From Hydrolagus colliei (Eukaryota): a stretch of DNA of 64,000 nucleotides. The position numbers and the translations under genes are program-made. The notes beneath the pieces are model-generated. The model was not told the DNA's origin. It made no database searches and saw nothing but the letters and a program-made list of their open reading frames with translations. The DNA lies in assembly GCA_035084275.1 (NCBI GenBank), contig CM068746.1, positions 12,710,001 to 12,774,000 of the forward strand, in the 5' to 3' direction. Shown one piece after another: positions 1-12,610 of the stretch. Within the stretch, counting starts at the first letter, position 1. Every line of letters begins with the position of its first letter.

Positions 1-299
1 TTCTATGATTCTTTTGTGTTTTGATTTTAACTTTCCTGCCTGCTTCCTCATCTGCACCAAACTCCCAAAGCCCAACACCCCAGTCCTTATCAGTCTTCAC
101 AGACTCCACTCTACAAGTAGATTCTCACTCCTCACTCACCTACAAATCTATTCACTCCTTATTTCTTCTACCCCCACACAGCTATCTTGGGCTTTCTGAG
201 CGTCCCCATTGTTGACTGAGCCAGTCCCTTCGTCCCTTATGTCTGGAACTACCTCTCTCTGCCATATAAGAACATGAGAATTTGCTGGGCCATCTACAG

Positions 300-2340
300 C
301 AACAACAACAAAATTACACTTGTATAGCGCCTTTCACATCGGGAGGATGTCCCAAGGCGCTGAACAGTTAGTTCGTGACCCTAGTAGGGGGGTTGGGGTT
401 GGGGTAGGGGGAAGGGGAAAGAGAGTAGGGGAGGGGGAAGAGTTAGAAGGGGAGCCGAAGGTGTGGTTAAAGAAGAAGGTCTTGAGACCGACTTTAAAGG
501 AGGAAAGGGAGGAAGCAAGGTGGAGGGACTGCTGGATGGAGTTCCATATTGTGGGAGCAGAGAGGCAGAAAGTCCGGCCACCAATGGTTGGGTGGTTTGA
601 GCGGCGGAAGTGGAGCAGGCCAGAGTCTGCTGAATGGAAGGGACGGGCAGGCTGACAGGAAGACGGCAGGTTGGAGAGATAGGCAGGGGCAAGGCCGTGA
701 ATGGCCTTGAAAGAGAGGACGAGGATATTGAATTCGATCCTCTGGGGGATGGGGAGCCAATGTAGACGGGCGAGGGTGGGAGAGATGTGGTCGCGGAGCC
801 TGGTACAGGAGAGTACACGAGCTGCAGAATTCTAAATGATCTGCAGCTTGTGAAGGGAGGAGCTAGGAAGGCCGACGAGGAGAGAGTTCCCGTAGTCGAG
901 TCTGGAGGTGATAAAGGCGTGAATGAGAGTTTCGGCGGTATGGGGGGTGAGGTAGTGGCAGAGTCTGGCAATATTGTGGAGGTGGTGGAAGGCTGTGCCG
1001 GTCATGGAGCAGATATAAGGGAGGAAGGACAGTTCGGGGTCAAACAAGATGCCCAGATTCCTGGCTGGCTTTGAGAGGTGGAGAGAGCAGCCTTGAATGC
1101 TGATGTTGTCAGCGCCTGAGGTGCGGATGCGCTGACATGAGCCAATCAGGAGGGCTTCTGTCTTGTTGACATTGAGCTGGAGGAAATTGGCCCTCATCCA
1201 GGACTCAATGTCGGACAGATATACAGTCAGAACGCCAGTAGTCCTGGAGTCGGAGAGGTAGAGTTGGGTATCATCCGCATACAGTTTACTCCATGTCTGC
1301 GGATGATGTCATCCAGGGGGCTAGTGTATAAGGTGAAGAGCAGGGGACCAAGGACAGAACCCTGAGGAATGCCACATGTGACTGTGCGAGGGCTGGAGGA
1401 AAAACCGTTCGAGGGGACGAAGTGAAGGCGGTGGGAGAGATATGACCGGAACCAGTCAAGGACACAGCCTTGAAGGTTGAGGACGGAGGAGCGGTGGTGG
1501 AGGAAGATTGAGTGATCATGGTATCAAAGGTGGTAGATACATCAAGGAGGACGAGGAGGCAGAGGGAGCCCTGGTCACAGATGGCCAGTATACTGTTTGT
1601 GACTTTGACTAGAGCAGTTTCCGTGCTGTGGGAAGCGCGGAAACCCGATTGGAGGGGTTCGAGAAGTAAATGATTTGTGAGGAAAGAGCGGAGCTGGGAG
1701 GCAACCACTTTTTCGAAGACCTTGGAAAGGAAGCGGGGGTTGGAGATAGGCCAGTAGCTTGGTAGCTGAGATGCATCGAGGAAAGGCTTTTTTAGGATTG
1801 AGGTGATGGTGGCGGTTTTGAAGGGAGTGGGAACGGTCCCAGATGAGATGGACAGGTTGATAGTGTCGGTGATTAGAGGGACTAGAAGGTGGAGCTGGGT
1901 GGTGAGGAGAGGGGTGGGGGTGGTATCTAGGGAGTAGATGGTGGGCTTCATGGAGGAGATGGTCTTAATGACGGAGGATGGGGAGATGGGGTCGAAGGTG
2001 TGGAAAGAGGGGTGTGTAGGAGGCAGGCTGTGTGGGGGAGATGGAAAGGGGGTGGAAATTGGGGAGACAGTGACCACAGAGTGGATTCCCTCGATTTGGG
2101 TCTTGAGGAAATCCGACATCTCTTCGCAGTGGGAGTTCGAGGAGAGGATCTGCGAGGCGAGGTGGTGGGGACGGAGGAGCTGGTCGGTGGTAGAGAAGGG
2201 AAGCTGGGGCTATCATTGTAGCATATCACAAATTCAAGGCTCTACACAGCCGGTGCTGGGGGTGGGGGGGCAAATTTCTAAGGAATTCTGGAAACGGATC
2301 ACGTTCCTGTGGGTAATAATCCCTTCAACAAAGTAATAAT
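300..2340 (-). mobile_element. L2-clade LINE, 5'-truncated and frameshifted
   Basis: Minus-strand ORF fragments carry L2/CR1 RT motifs (LQSGFRASHSTETAL, LLVLLDVS, AFITSRLDYGNSLL). The 3' end at ~300-360 reads ...gggacatcctcccgatgtgaaaggcgctatac...(TTG)n, a tail repeated many times in the window. Confidence 0.92.
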
Positions 2341-3589
2341 AACAATTTGGTCACTCAATCCACGACTTGTTTGAGGTGTGGGCAGATGTCTCAAGGTGTC
2401 ATAACCTGACTATGCAGCACCCTCAGGGGCTTGAGCGCTCAGTGTGTTACACTTTCCATTTATCAACAAAGTGATAATTACTACCCACACAACAGGTCGC
2501 AATTTTCACAAGTTGATGTTATATCACAAGCAGGAAACCAAGATTGCAACAGAACTGCACAAAACCCTCTGATCTGATAAGTCAGCCAGAGTGCGGCTCA
2601 CAACCTCCGGTCACAAGCTCCGGTCTCTAGCTTTCTACATGGCCAGGACATGCTTTCAGCTGACTTTTGTCCAAGAGTCCCCACGCACAAGAAACCAAGT
2701 TTCCATGGGTTAGACAAGAGCTAACAATAAATGCTGACATTTCACAGCACAAAAGCTACCAGCGCCCACATCAATGATTTAGAATAGAGTGGTTAATGCA
2801 CGGACACAAACCAATCAGCCCATCTTGGTTTGCTTGTTGGGTTTTGGTACGGAGTGCGTGTTTAACAGGCTGGTCTTTCTAATAATAATAAGTCTGAGAC
2901 ATCGATAAGATGTGAAAAGCGCTATTTCAAATGCAAGGATTATTATTATTATTATTAGTGTTATAATAAAAAATAATAATCCTTGCATTTGACATACCGC
3001 CTGATCACATTTTTGAGATGTCTAAAAGCGCTTCATAGGGTACACTCAAAAGTGAATTGACAGTATATTTTGTGAGCTTAACACAGTAGCCAATTGCTCA
3101 CAGCAATCGGAGATTTTTGGAGGGACTACTGTCCCCAGAAAAATGATCCACCAATCGATTAACAACCAGGTTCCTACTTACCACTAGGTAACAGAGCTAT
3201 GTGTGGAGTAGAGAAACTTGCCTAAGGTTTCACCTGCCCCGGAATCAAACCCAGTTCCTCTCACTTGTGCATGAGCACACAAATCACTACACCACAGTGT
3301 AGCTTTTAAGATATTTTTATGTTGCCAGGATGTTTTCTGGTTTGGTATATTTCTTCCAAAAAGTGGAAAATAAAATCTAACAAATATCACTGACGTATTT
3401 GATACAGAGCCTTGTGACGTGAGCAAACATCAGAAATCGCTTCTTGTAAGTGCCAATAATTAACTGCATTGTAGTTTACAGGAAATAAGCAGGTTTGGCT
3501 GTGGGTTCCTCACATCAGTTCCGTGCTCACTTTCATTTTGCAGGACACATCACCAGTGATCTCCGACAGGTAGACTTATCTTCAGGTGA

Positions 3590-3690
3590 CACAAAAACGA
3601 AGTCACTGGGAACACTCAACAGGTCAGGCAGCATCAATGGAGTGATTCAAGTGATACAACGTTTCAGGTCCACGACCCTTCGTCAGAACT
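3590..3690 (-). mobile_element. Penelope-like/SINE remnant with degenerate minimal hammerhead motif
   Basis: Minus strand reads CTGACGA-AGGGTC-GTG-GACCT-GAAACGTT followed by gatgctgcctgacctg. A second copy lies at 38720-38850 (+). Confidence 0.5.
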
Positions 3691-4315
3691 AGGGCAAGTC
3701 AGGAGGGAGAGGGTTTTAAGGATTAGCAGAGAGTGGGGAGGCAGGGCAAGGAAGACCAAAGAGAAAACGGGATCCCTGCTGAAGAAATTCAAGACTCACA
3801 ATATGCAGGAACCTTCTTCTTAACTGCAAGTACAACAACTTGGATTGATATAGTGCCCATCATGTGGGTGGTATCTGGGAGCGTGTCCGTGTCGGAACTT
3901 TAAAAGAGTGATCCTTGAGTCCCATGGACCTTTCTCCTCTACTGCCCATAATCTTAACAAAACATTGCAGAATATCCATTCTCGATCCCTAAAGTGAATT
4001 GGCTTATGAGGCTATGTGTGTACGGGAGCTTAAACTGAAGAGTCTGATTATTAATGGACCTGTTGTAATAATTTCTCCGACAGGTAGACGTATCTTCGAG
4101 TGAAATGGCCATGTTAATCTGCTTCTACTTGGTGCTGTCACACACAGGTATGGGGCTTGTGAGCAATAACGTGAAGCACTCCGAACTTCTAACTCACGTG
4201 TTTGGGTGCTAGATAAATGCAAAATGTTATTGTTGTTGAACATGGCTGTGAAAAACTGAGATGGAAAAGCACATTGGAGTATGTAAAGTTAAAAGTGACA
4301 ATGGGTCAGTGACTG

Positions 4316-4665
4316 GATGTAGTTGTGGAATTTAGTGGTTAGATTACTTGCCTTGCAAGCGAGAGGACCTGGGTTTGATTACTGGCTCGGGTGAAACGTT
4401 GGGCAAGTTTTTTTTACTTCACACACCTCTGTTTGCCTAGCATTAATTGTTGTTAATCAATTGGTGGATTGCTTTCCGTGAGTAATAATCTCTTCAAAAA
4501 TATACTGTAATAATTTGGTTACTCGATTCACAAATTTGTGGGCACAATTGGCTGCTGTATTTCACCCTCGAATCATAATTCCCTTTACAGTATATTCCAT
4601 GAAGCTTTTTGAGACGTCTTAAAGATGTGATAAGGCGCTATGTCAAATGCAAGGATTATTATTAA
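4316..4665 (+). mobile_element. tRNA-derived Deu-type SINE (representative copy)
   Basis: tRNA-like head with A/B boxes, central aattggctgc core, L2-like tail tcaaatgcaaggattattatt. Further copies or fragments near 2880-3300, 6849-7070, 7120-7460, 9200-9430, 11985-12230, 13100-13330, 28770-29070, 40150-40330, 42480-42735, 46770-47040, 50450-50620 and 62175-62300. Confidence 0.85.
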
Positions 4666-5086
4666 CAAAAGGGTTGATAGGATATGCAATGACCTGCTGG
4701 TTATACTGGGTCAGCCAAGATTTATTAACTTTCCAGAGGAAATGTGATAGATATCTATTGAGGAATAAGTGGGTTAGGGTATTAGATTCCTAACATTCCT
4801 TCCTTCCCTAACATTCCTGCCTTCCCTAACCTGCCTTCTTCTGTGCTGTAAACGTCTATTCAGTGCAGGATGTCGAGTGGGATGAAATGTGGTCCATGAT
4901 AATTTTTGCAGTATAAAATGCACTAACACACTTTTTGTTTCCACCTCTGACAGGCTGAGTTCAATTTGTTTGGTTTGGTTTGAATTCTTGGCTTGTGAGG
5001 CTGCGTGTGTTCAGGAGCTTAAACTGAAGAGTGTGATTATTAATGGACCTGTTGTAATAATTCCTTTCTGAATCACTTCCCTCCAG

Positions 5087-5446
5087 CAAGTCAACTGGCT
5101 CATCAGACTTTGCAGCAGTTTTATGCTCTTACCACATTGAAAGGAGACAATGTGACATTGAGTAGTCTGTACCAAGAACCTTATTTAGAAAGGTTTACAG
5201 TGAAATGGTATTTCCTGTCTGATACCCTGAACTCCACCGAGAACATCGCAACATTATCATCTGAAAGTAGTTTGGTGAACAACTCTCACTATGCTGTCGG
5301 GCACGCTGTCACGAATAAAAGATTTACTCTGCAAATCAAGGATGTTCAAGTCAGTGACAGGGGAGAGTATTACTGTAGGTTGTTGGTAACCCTACCACCT
5401 CCGACAGTTACGAAAATGGGAACAAGAACGAGGCTGAATGTGACCG
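5087..5446 (+). CDS. Exon: Ig V domain with J-like G strand
   Basis: ttccctccag acceptor, phase 1-1. Encodes VTLSSLY...VKWY...FTLQIKDVQVSDRGEYYC...KMGTRTRLNVT; donor gtaatt. Confidence 0.9.
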
Positions 5447-8400
5447 GTAATTACTTCACACATTTGATGAATTAGATTTGTTGCTCCGTGGGTGATGGGT
5501 GCGGGTGGTAGGGGTGAGTGGAGGTAAGAGGGGTCTCCTCGGAGCTGAACTGGCCCCAAGGTGATATGTTTGGCAATGGAATGTCAGAATCAAGCCCACC
5601 CTCTGTGACGGTCTCTAGTCCCGGATCATGAGCCAGACTGAGGTCCGCAGTATATCCAGGGCTTTCTCTCTCTCGCTCGCTGCTGATGACAGCACAGTCC
5701 AGCCTGGCTCATTGGCAGAACTGGAAGGGCAGACCATTCACTGGGGGTCCTGTTAACCCTGCAGCCAAAGCCCAAACGGGTCTGTTGTTCCCAGTGACAA
5801 ACGTAAGCGCTATATCAAATGCAAGGATTATTATTATTCTGATAATAATTTCACTGGTAAGACTCCACCCAACCCTGGCATACAATTTCTTCTTAAGAAA
5901 TACTTTACTTACTTACTGAAATCTATGCCACAAATAGATGAATTTCAAGATCCTCACAATCCTTTTCAAATCTCTTCATGTCATGGCACCTCTCCTACCT
6001 CCCAAACCTAGTTACCCTCCCGCTCCACTCGCCGTGTCTCATCTCGACTGAATCCGGCCTCGTGAGTTCAGTTCTACTATCGGTGGTCGCAAGTTCAGCA
6101 CCAAATCTCTGGAAGTCTATTCCTCCACTTTGCCCTCTTCCTTTCCCATCTAAAGATTGCGCCTGAAGACCTTCCTGTTTGACTGTGCCTAACGTCTGCT
6201 GTCCCCTCCCCCAGCTCCACATCGTGCTCCGCCACTCTCTAGCTCTCTGGGACACTACCCTGCAAGAGGGGAGCTGTGTAATTTCACGTTGTTGTAGTTG
6301 TTGTATGTATTGGCCCAGTGTCCTGTCCACTAGAGCCACACTCATTGTGACACACTCTATCTGCTTCACTTGGATTCACTCTCTTGTAATTTCTCTTCCG
6401 TTTCCTTTTGTAACTAGCTAGGCCTTCCCTTCGGATATTTCCATCTGTTCCTATGGAAAACTCGTCTTCCCGATGGGTCTCGGTCTCATGTTTGGCAAGT
6501 GGCTTCTACCCAGAGTCTATCGAGATGAGATTTCACAGCACCTGCCTTGCCCATCGCCTCACCAAATGGACGCTCTCCACTCCGACCAGAAACTCTGACA
6601 GAACCTACAACATCACAGCCGGTGTCTGTGTCTCCACAGCGACCTGCACTGAGGGAGCCCACATCACGTGCACCGTCCGGCACCCAGCATTGCAGTCGGA
6701 GATAAACCGGACTGAGTTCATAATCCCACCACACAAGGGTATGTTACCCCTTACTCAATACAATATTTCCATTTTGTGTCGCTGTTGGTGTCACTGTTGA
6801 CTTCTGGTCTTGATTTTGTGAAATTCCCATCAATTGATTAATCTGTGGAGTCCTGTAGCTCAATGATTAGAGCCCACGCCTTACATGCAGGAGTCCTGGG
6901 TTCAATTCCAGGCAGGCTGAAACGTTGGGCAAGTTTCCTTACCTCACATGCCTAATAATCCCACAAAAAAATAATAATCAATTGGTCATTTCAATCCATG
7001 ACTGTTTGTGGGACATTGTTGTGTGCGATCGGCTGCTGCGTTTCGCCCACAAATATACAGTCAATTCACTTTACAGTCATCAAATCAAAAACAGTCTCAG
7101 AGTGCTTCTCTGACGTTTTATAATAATAATAATTCTTGCATTTGATATAGCATCTTCTAGAGCAAAGCGCTTCACAGAATATACTGCAAAGTGAATCGAC
7201 TGTAGACTTTATGGTTGAAATGAAGCAGCCAATTGCACACAGCAGTGTCCAACAAACAGATGGTGATTGAATTACAGCATTTATAAAATATATATTTATT
7301 AATCGTTCAATTAGGAAAGCAATCCGCCAATCGTCTAACAGCCGGGTTCCTACTGATTGCTAGGTATACAGAGGGGTATGGAGTAAGGAAACTTGTCTAA
7401 TCTTTCACTCTGCACGGGAATTGAACCTGTTGTTTGTGAAGCTCTCACCACTATGCTACTCCATGAAGCAGTTCCTCCTAAACTACCTGTTAGATCTTTT
7501 CGTCGTGAAAGGTGCTATACAAATGTAATTTTTTTGTGGTTGTTGTTATTGTTGCTGCTGCCTCGCTTGTATATTTGTGCGCCCTCATTTCTGAAATATT
7601 GTTAGCTTTTGGTTTCCGCGAAATGCTAACGTGTAAAGGTCACACGGGAAGCAACAGCTCCACAATGAGAGTACAGTGCAGCCCGAGACAGCGCTACTCT
7701 AACCTGCGCACGTCTCAGTGTTTCCATTGATCAGTGCAGCAAGCGGAGAGCAGCCTGAAGCTCTGTGGCGTGAACTCTTAATGTTGCACCTTCGGTAGCT
7801 CAGGCAACCCATACTCCACCTTATGCCATTTCAGGCGTCCTGTGGTTAGATGAATTTATATATACGCACACAGCGAGGCACCTGTATAGAACCACACGGA
7901 GACTCAGGGAGTAGATACCCGAAGTTGGGTGGCGAACGTGCAAATATGTCCAGGCTGTTTAGCAACAGGTTTGAGCCACCTCCCCCCCATCTTACCTCAA
8001 CACATTGGTAGGACCAGAAGCAGTTGATGGCTGCCATTGTAGGTGTCAAGTGTGGCATTTTGTGCTGTGGCGGGACTGGACTCAACTCAACCAAACGATT
8101 GGAGGCTAGACAACAGCAAACGATAATAATCCCTCCAAAAAAACCTATAATACAGGTAAATTGGTATTTTCAATCCACGACCGTTTGTGGGACACTGCTG
8201 TGCACAATTGGCTGCCGTGTTTCACCCACATAAAATGTGTATAGCTGTGTACAGTTAATTCAGCAGATTCTGTGAAGTGCTTTGAGATGTCTACAAGACA
8301 CTATAACAAATAGAAGGATTATTCTTTACTACTATTATTATGTGCAAACCAACCTTCACGTCAGGAGGATGTCCTAAGGTGCTGGACTGTCTGGGGTTTG

Positions 8401-11400
8401 GACCCGACCTGAGGATTGGGATCAGGAGGTGTTAAGGAGAGTGGGTGTAGGAGGGTGACTGAAAGTACAGTTGAAGAAGAGTCGGACCTTGAAGGAGGAA
8501 AGGAAGTGGGTGAGGTGAAGGGACTGTGGGATGGAGTTTCAAAGGGTTGAAGCAGAGAGGCTAAAGGCCCGACTGTTGATGGTGGGATTGGCTGGAACAG
8601 GCTGGAGCCTGTTGAAAGGAGGTAGAGGACAGGTCGATATGGCAAGACAGTTAGACAGTATCTGTCTTCCCTTTGACTCCTTTAGTTGAGTTGAGTGCAA
8701 GCCATGCCCTGGGGACTATTGTAATAGTGGACACTGTTTTGCTGAAGCTGGGGTGGAGGGGAGCTGGGGTTGTGGGGAGGGTAAGAGAGGAGTTACATCT
8801 ATAGGTGGGGAATAATTGCCCACTTACCTGGACGGTGGATTTCAATGATGGGATAATCATCTCAAAAGTTCCATCTCAAATCATTTCCTAACGGGATCCC
8901 TGCTGAAGAAATTCAAGACTCACAATATGCCAGAACCTTCTTCTTAACTGAGAATACAACAACTTGGATTGATATAGTGCCCATCATCTGGGAGCGCTCA
9001 GACTCCCTATACTTCTGACATGTTCCTGCAGGTGGAAGGGAATTCTGAATATACTTGTGGCTGTGGGAAGAGCGGTGCAGATGGGGTTCGGTTCAATTTG
9101 CATCATTTAGGTGTAAGTCTGGCATTGTTGAGTGCACTGTTTTTCAGAGAAGATATAAACTCGGGTTCCAAAGGCTTGCTTGGGTGGCCGTTAAAAATAT
9201 AATTCGGGCAAGTTTCCTTACTCCACACACCTGACAATAATCCCTCCAAAATTTTAAAAATAATTTGGTCACTCGATTCACGACTGTTTGTGGGACCCTG
9301 CTGTGTACAATTTGCTGCCGCCTTTCGCGCATAAATATACTGTCAATTCACTTTACAGTATATTCTGAGAAGCGCTTTGTGACGTCTAGATGGCATGAAA
9401 AGCGTAATATCAAATGCAAGGATTATTATTATCAAGGCTCTATTTAAAATGAGAATGGAGTTCAAGATGGTCCCAGTCTCCTGATGTACAATCCCCTAGA
9501 AAAATTAATCAAAGCCATATGTGGGACATTGCTGCTGGCAGTTTTCCTGCCAATGTTTGCCCACAAAATATACAGTCATTACACTTTAAGTAGATCCTTT
9601 GAAGAGCTTTGAGATATCTCAGTGATGTGATAAAATGTTGGAAATGCAAGGTTTATTATTATGTGACTGTATGTAATAGAGTTTCAGTACTGCATAAACT
9701 GTCTCTTATTGTCCCTGATCTACAGACAACAACAGATACCTCTGGATTTATATTTGGATCTCAGTCAGCATACTTGTTGGATGTGGTGTAACAGGCTTTG
9801 TTGTTTTGGTGGTAAAACACAGACGTGGTAAGTAGCTTCTCAACTCATGCATGATAGCAATAAACTCCATTAAGATGATGCACTTTTGTCCATCTCTCTG
9901 CCAAACCCTAGACCAACCCTACATTGGTACAACAACAACAACAAAATTACATTTATAGAGCGCTTTTCACATCAGGAGGACGTCCCAAGGCGCTGGTACA
10001 ATGGTCGACTAGCTATATTGGGGCTTTTTCTGTTGGAGTGGGGATAAATAATCTTTAAGATATTGAAGGCAAAGCCTCCTCTAGAAAGCTTATAAGGATT
10101 GTGGCTTGACCACGGTACCCAACAAGGCATTCCACATCATGTGTAATCCATCTCTGTGTGGAGCAAACCTCTTAAAGTCTCACTTTTCTAACTCTTATAT
10201 TGATGTCTGTAGACCAACTAGTGGAAATAACTGCTCTGTACTGAGCAATAACTTTCACAGGTTTATGTCAAGCCATAGGTTTTTTGGAAGATTTTTGAAA
10301 GCATAGAGGACCAAGTGCAAGACGGAGGCATTTAGGGATAGTTCCAGAGCGAGGAACAAAAGCGCTGTGTAAATGCAAGCTGCTGTTTAGAGACTTTCTA
10401 TTTCCTGATATTTCCAGCCCAGAGACAGCCTGGGGGGATTAATCGCAACCTGGAGGATGATTGGGTGAGTGCAATATGAAAATGTTGATAAGGAAATAAT
10501 GTCAATTTTTATCAACTTTTTTACTTGGATGATTTAGTTCTGGTGAAGATGTTAGAAATGGATAACATATCTGGGGTCGGAATGGCAATATTCTGTAATT
10601 ATTCATGTTGCAAGGTCATAAAATGGGTTGGGATGAAGAAGGCTCTTCAGCTCACGTGATCTGATCCCTCCAGGATATCCGTCATTCTGTCTTTCCCCAT
10701 CACAGCATCAAGCTGTTTATTAAATGAGTCTGGGTTTCAACCAAGTTTATTAATAACCAAGTCTGTTCTAGTTATGACTTGCCCTCTGGATAAAGAAATA
10801 TTTCCTCGTGTCTGTCCTGAAATTGTCCTTCACATCCCACTGACCCTGTGCTGTTTCAACATTGATGAACCATAGCTTTGTTCCTCACAGCTTATTCCTT
10901 TAACACTGGCGATCATTCCTATTGCTTTCCTTTGCACCTCATGTCACTGTGACCGGAGCTGTCTGCAGATACTCCAGGTGTGATCTGGCTCAGATCACTG
11001 TCCAACCTGAGCATGAAATCTAGAGATCTTAACACAACTGATTTGGATGTAGCCCAGCATCTTGTTTGCTGCTTTCCTGTTGTTGCACCATTTGATTATG
11101 ATGAGCAATGAAGCAACGAACACCCCAGGGTGTTTCAACTCCTATTGGAAACCCACGTCTCCTATTCTTCCTAAATTCAGTCATTTGCATTTATCTGTGT
11201 TGAACATCATTTGCCACACGTCAGCCCATTTAAGAAAGGAAATGCTTCAACTTCTGTAGGATAGAACCACAAAACATTTCAACAACAACAAAATTACATT
11301 TGTATAGCGCCTTTCACGTCAGGAGGACGTCCCAAGGCACTGGACAGTTACTGCTTCAGACCCGAGCTGAGGAAGGTAGTGGGGGGGTGGGGGGGAAGGA

Positions 11401-11798
11401 GTTGCTGATGGGTCCATCGAAGAAGAGAGTCTTGAGGTGAGATGGACGGACTGCAGCATGGAGTTCCAGAGTTTGGGGACAGAGTGGCTGAAGGTTTACC
11501 CGCCATTAGTTGGGCGGGTGTATCAAGGGACGTGGAGCAGGCCAGAGCCTGCTGAAGGGAGGGGGCAGGCAGGTTGGTAAGGGATAGGAGTGCTATACAT
11601 GGGTGTTAGCTAGCAGATCACAAGTAATCACAAAATTGACCATTTGTTCTGTATTCCCCCTCCCGCCTACCATGCTCCCCACCCCATACTGTTTGTGTTG
11701 CTCAGGAGAACATCTGCTATGCACAGCTGGATCTGCAGAACTTCAGTCGAATAAAGAGAAGAGAAGAGGAGATTGTGTACAGCCAAGTGTTGCGATGA
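5087..11798 (+). CDS. Ig-superfamily inhibitory receptor, VJ-C1-TM-ITIM-ITIM (SIRP-like / non-rearranging VJ-C1 type); leader exon not located
   Basis: Five phase-compatible GT-AG exons: 5087-5446 (V+J), 6418-6738 (C1), 9726-9827 (TM), 10418-10464, 11706-11798 (ITIMs, TGA). No internal stops in my translation. Confidence 0.85.
6418..6738 (+). CDS. Exon: Ig C1-set domain
   Basis: Phase 1-1. Encodes RPSLRIFP...VSCLASGFYPESI...RNSDRTYNIT...ITCTVRHPAL; donor gtatgt. Confidence 0.9.
9726..9827 (+). CDS. Exon: transmembrane helix of the VJ-C1 receptor
   Basis: ctacag acceptor. Encodes NNRYLWIYIWISVSILVGCGVTGFVVLVVKHRR (hydrophobic run, basic stop-transfer, no charged TM residue); donor gtaagt. 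Confidence 0.88.
10418..10464 (+). CDS. Exon: short cytoplasmic spacer
   Basis: atttccag acceptor, gtgagt donor. 47 nt converts phase 1 to phase 0, as the next exon requires (AQRQPGGINRNLEDDW). Confidence 0.75.
11706..11798 (+). CDS. Terminal exon with two ITIMs
   Basis: ENICYAQLDLQNFSRIKRREEEIVYSQVLR*. ICYAQL and IVYSQV both fit (I/V/L/S)xYxx(L/V). Confidence 0.88.
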   Translation, partial: ENICYAQLDLQNFSRIKRREEEIVYSQVLR

Positions 11799-12225
11799 AC
11801 CCTGGACAGTGGACACAATGTCTCCAATGTAACCCTTCATGTGCTGATATGATGACTATACTTGTATCTTATGTAGCATCTAAAACTTCTCAAAATGTTT
11901 CATACATTGAGTTACTTTGAACTGTAATGACTCTTCTGTGGGCTATTGACAGTACATCATTGACACGAAATGCCACAGGCTGCAGCAATAATAATAATAA
12001 TCCTCTTGAAGTAATCTCAAAGTACTTTACTGAACATGCTATCAAGTGAATTAACTGTACATTTTGGGGTGAAACACAAGTCAATTGCACACAGCAGTGT
12101 CCCACAAACAGTCATGGATTGAGTGACCATATATTATTATTTTAAAATTATTTTCCTTTGGAGGAATTATTAGGAATCGCCTGGAAAAGCAATTCACCAA
12201 TCAACTGACAATTGTGTTGCTACTT

Positions 12226-12610
12226 CATAGAATCATAGAATGTTACGGCACAGAAGGAGGCCATTCGGCCCATCGAGTCTGTGCCGGCTCTTTGACCGAA
12301 CAAGTCACTTTCATAACCCCAATCACCAGCTTTCTCCACATAACCCTGCAAACCCGTCTTCCCCAGATACCTATCTAGTTCTCTCTTAAAAGCTGCTATC
12401 GAATCGGACCTCACTACCCTTTCAGGCAGATCATTCCAAATTCGAACAACTCGCTGAGTAAAAAAATTTCTTCTAACCTCCCCTCTGCTTCTTTTGGTAG
12501 ATATCTTAAGACTGTGACCACGGGTCACAGACACACCTACCAGCGGAAACAGCTTTTCCCTAGCTAGCCTGTCGAAACCATTCAAGACCTCTATCAGGTC
12601 CCCGCGTAAC
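12226..12610 (-). mobile_element. CR1 LINE 3' fragment
   Basis: Encodes the CR1 RT C-terminus (RRLRGDLIEV...TRGHSLK...RNFFTQRVVRIWNDLP) and ends in a (GATTCTAT)-type tail. Other CR1 pieces near 10020-10370, 31005-31250, 31900-32290 and 61620-61760. Confidence 0.9.

Noticed and set aside
320-2336. Plus-strand ORFs antisense to L2 (also 13619-13999, 36567-36947)
   Set aside because: Shadow frames of LINE coding sequence.
2783-2846. Leader exon of the VJ-C1 receptor (PILVCLLGF+G, phase 1)
   Set aside because: No in-frame ATG after the upstream TAG and a modest donor; left unresolved rather than called.
5087-6738. Rearranging TCR or Ig light-chain locus
   Set aside because: V and J are in one exon, I saw no heptamer-nonamer signal at the V end, and the tail has ITIMs with an uncharged TM.
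7512-7730. Hydrophobic ORF as the TM exon of the VJ-C1 receptor
   Set aside because: Its hydrophobic part is an L2 (TTG)n tail; the exon at 9726-9827 has proper splice sites and phase.
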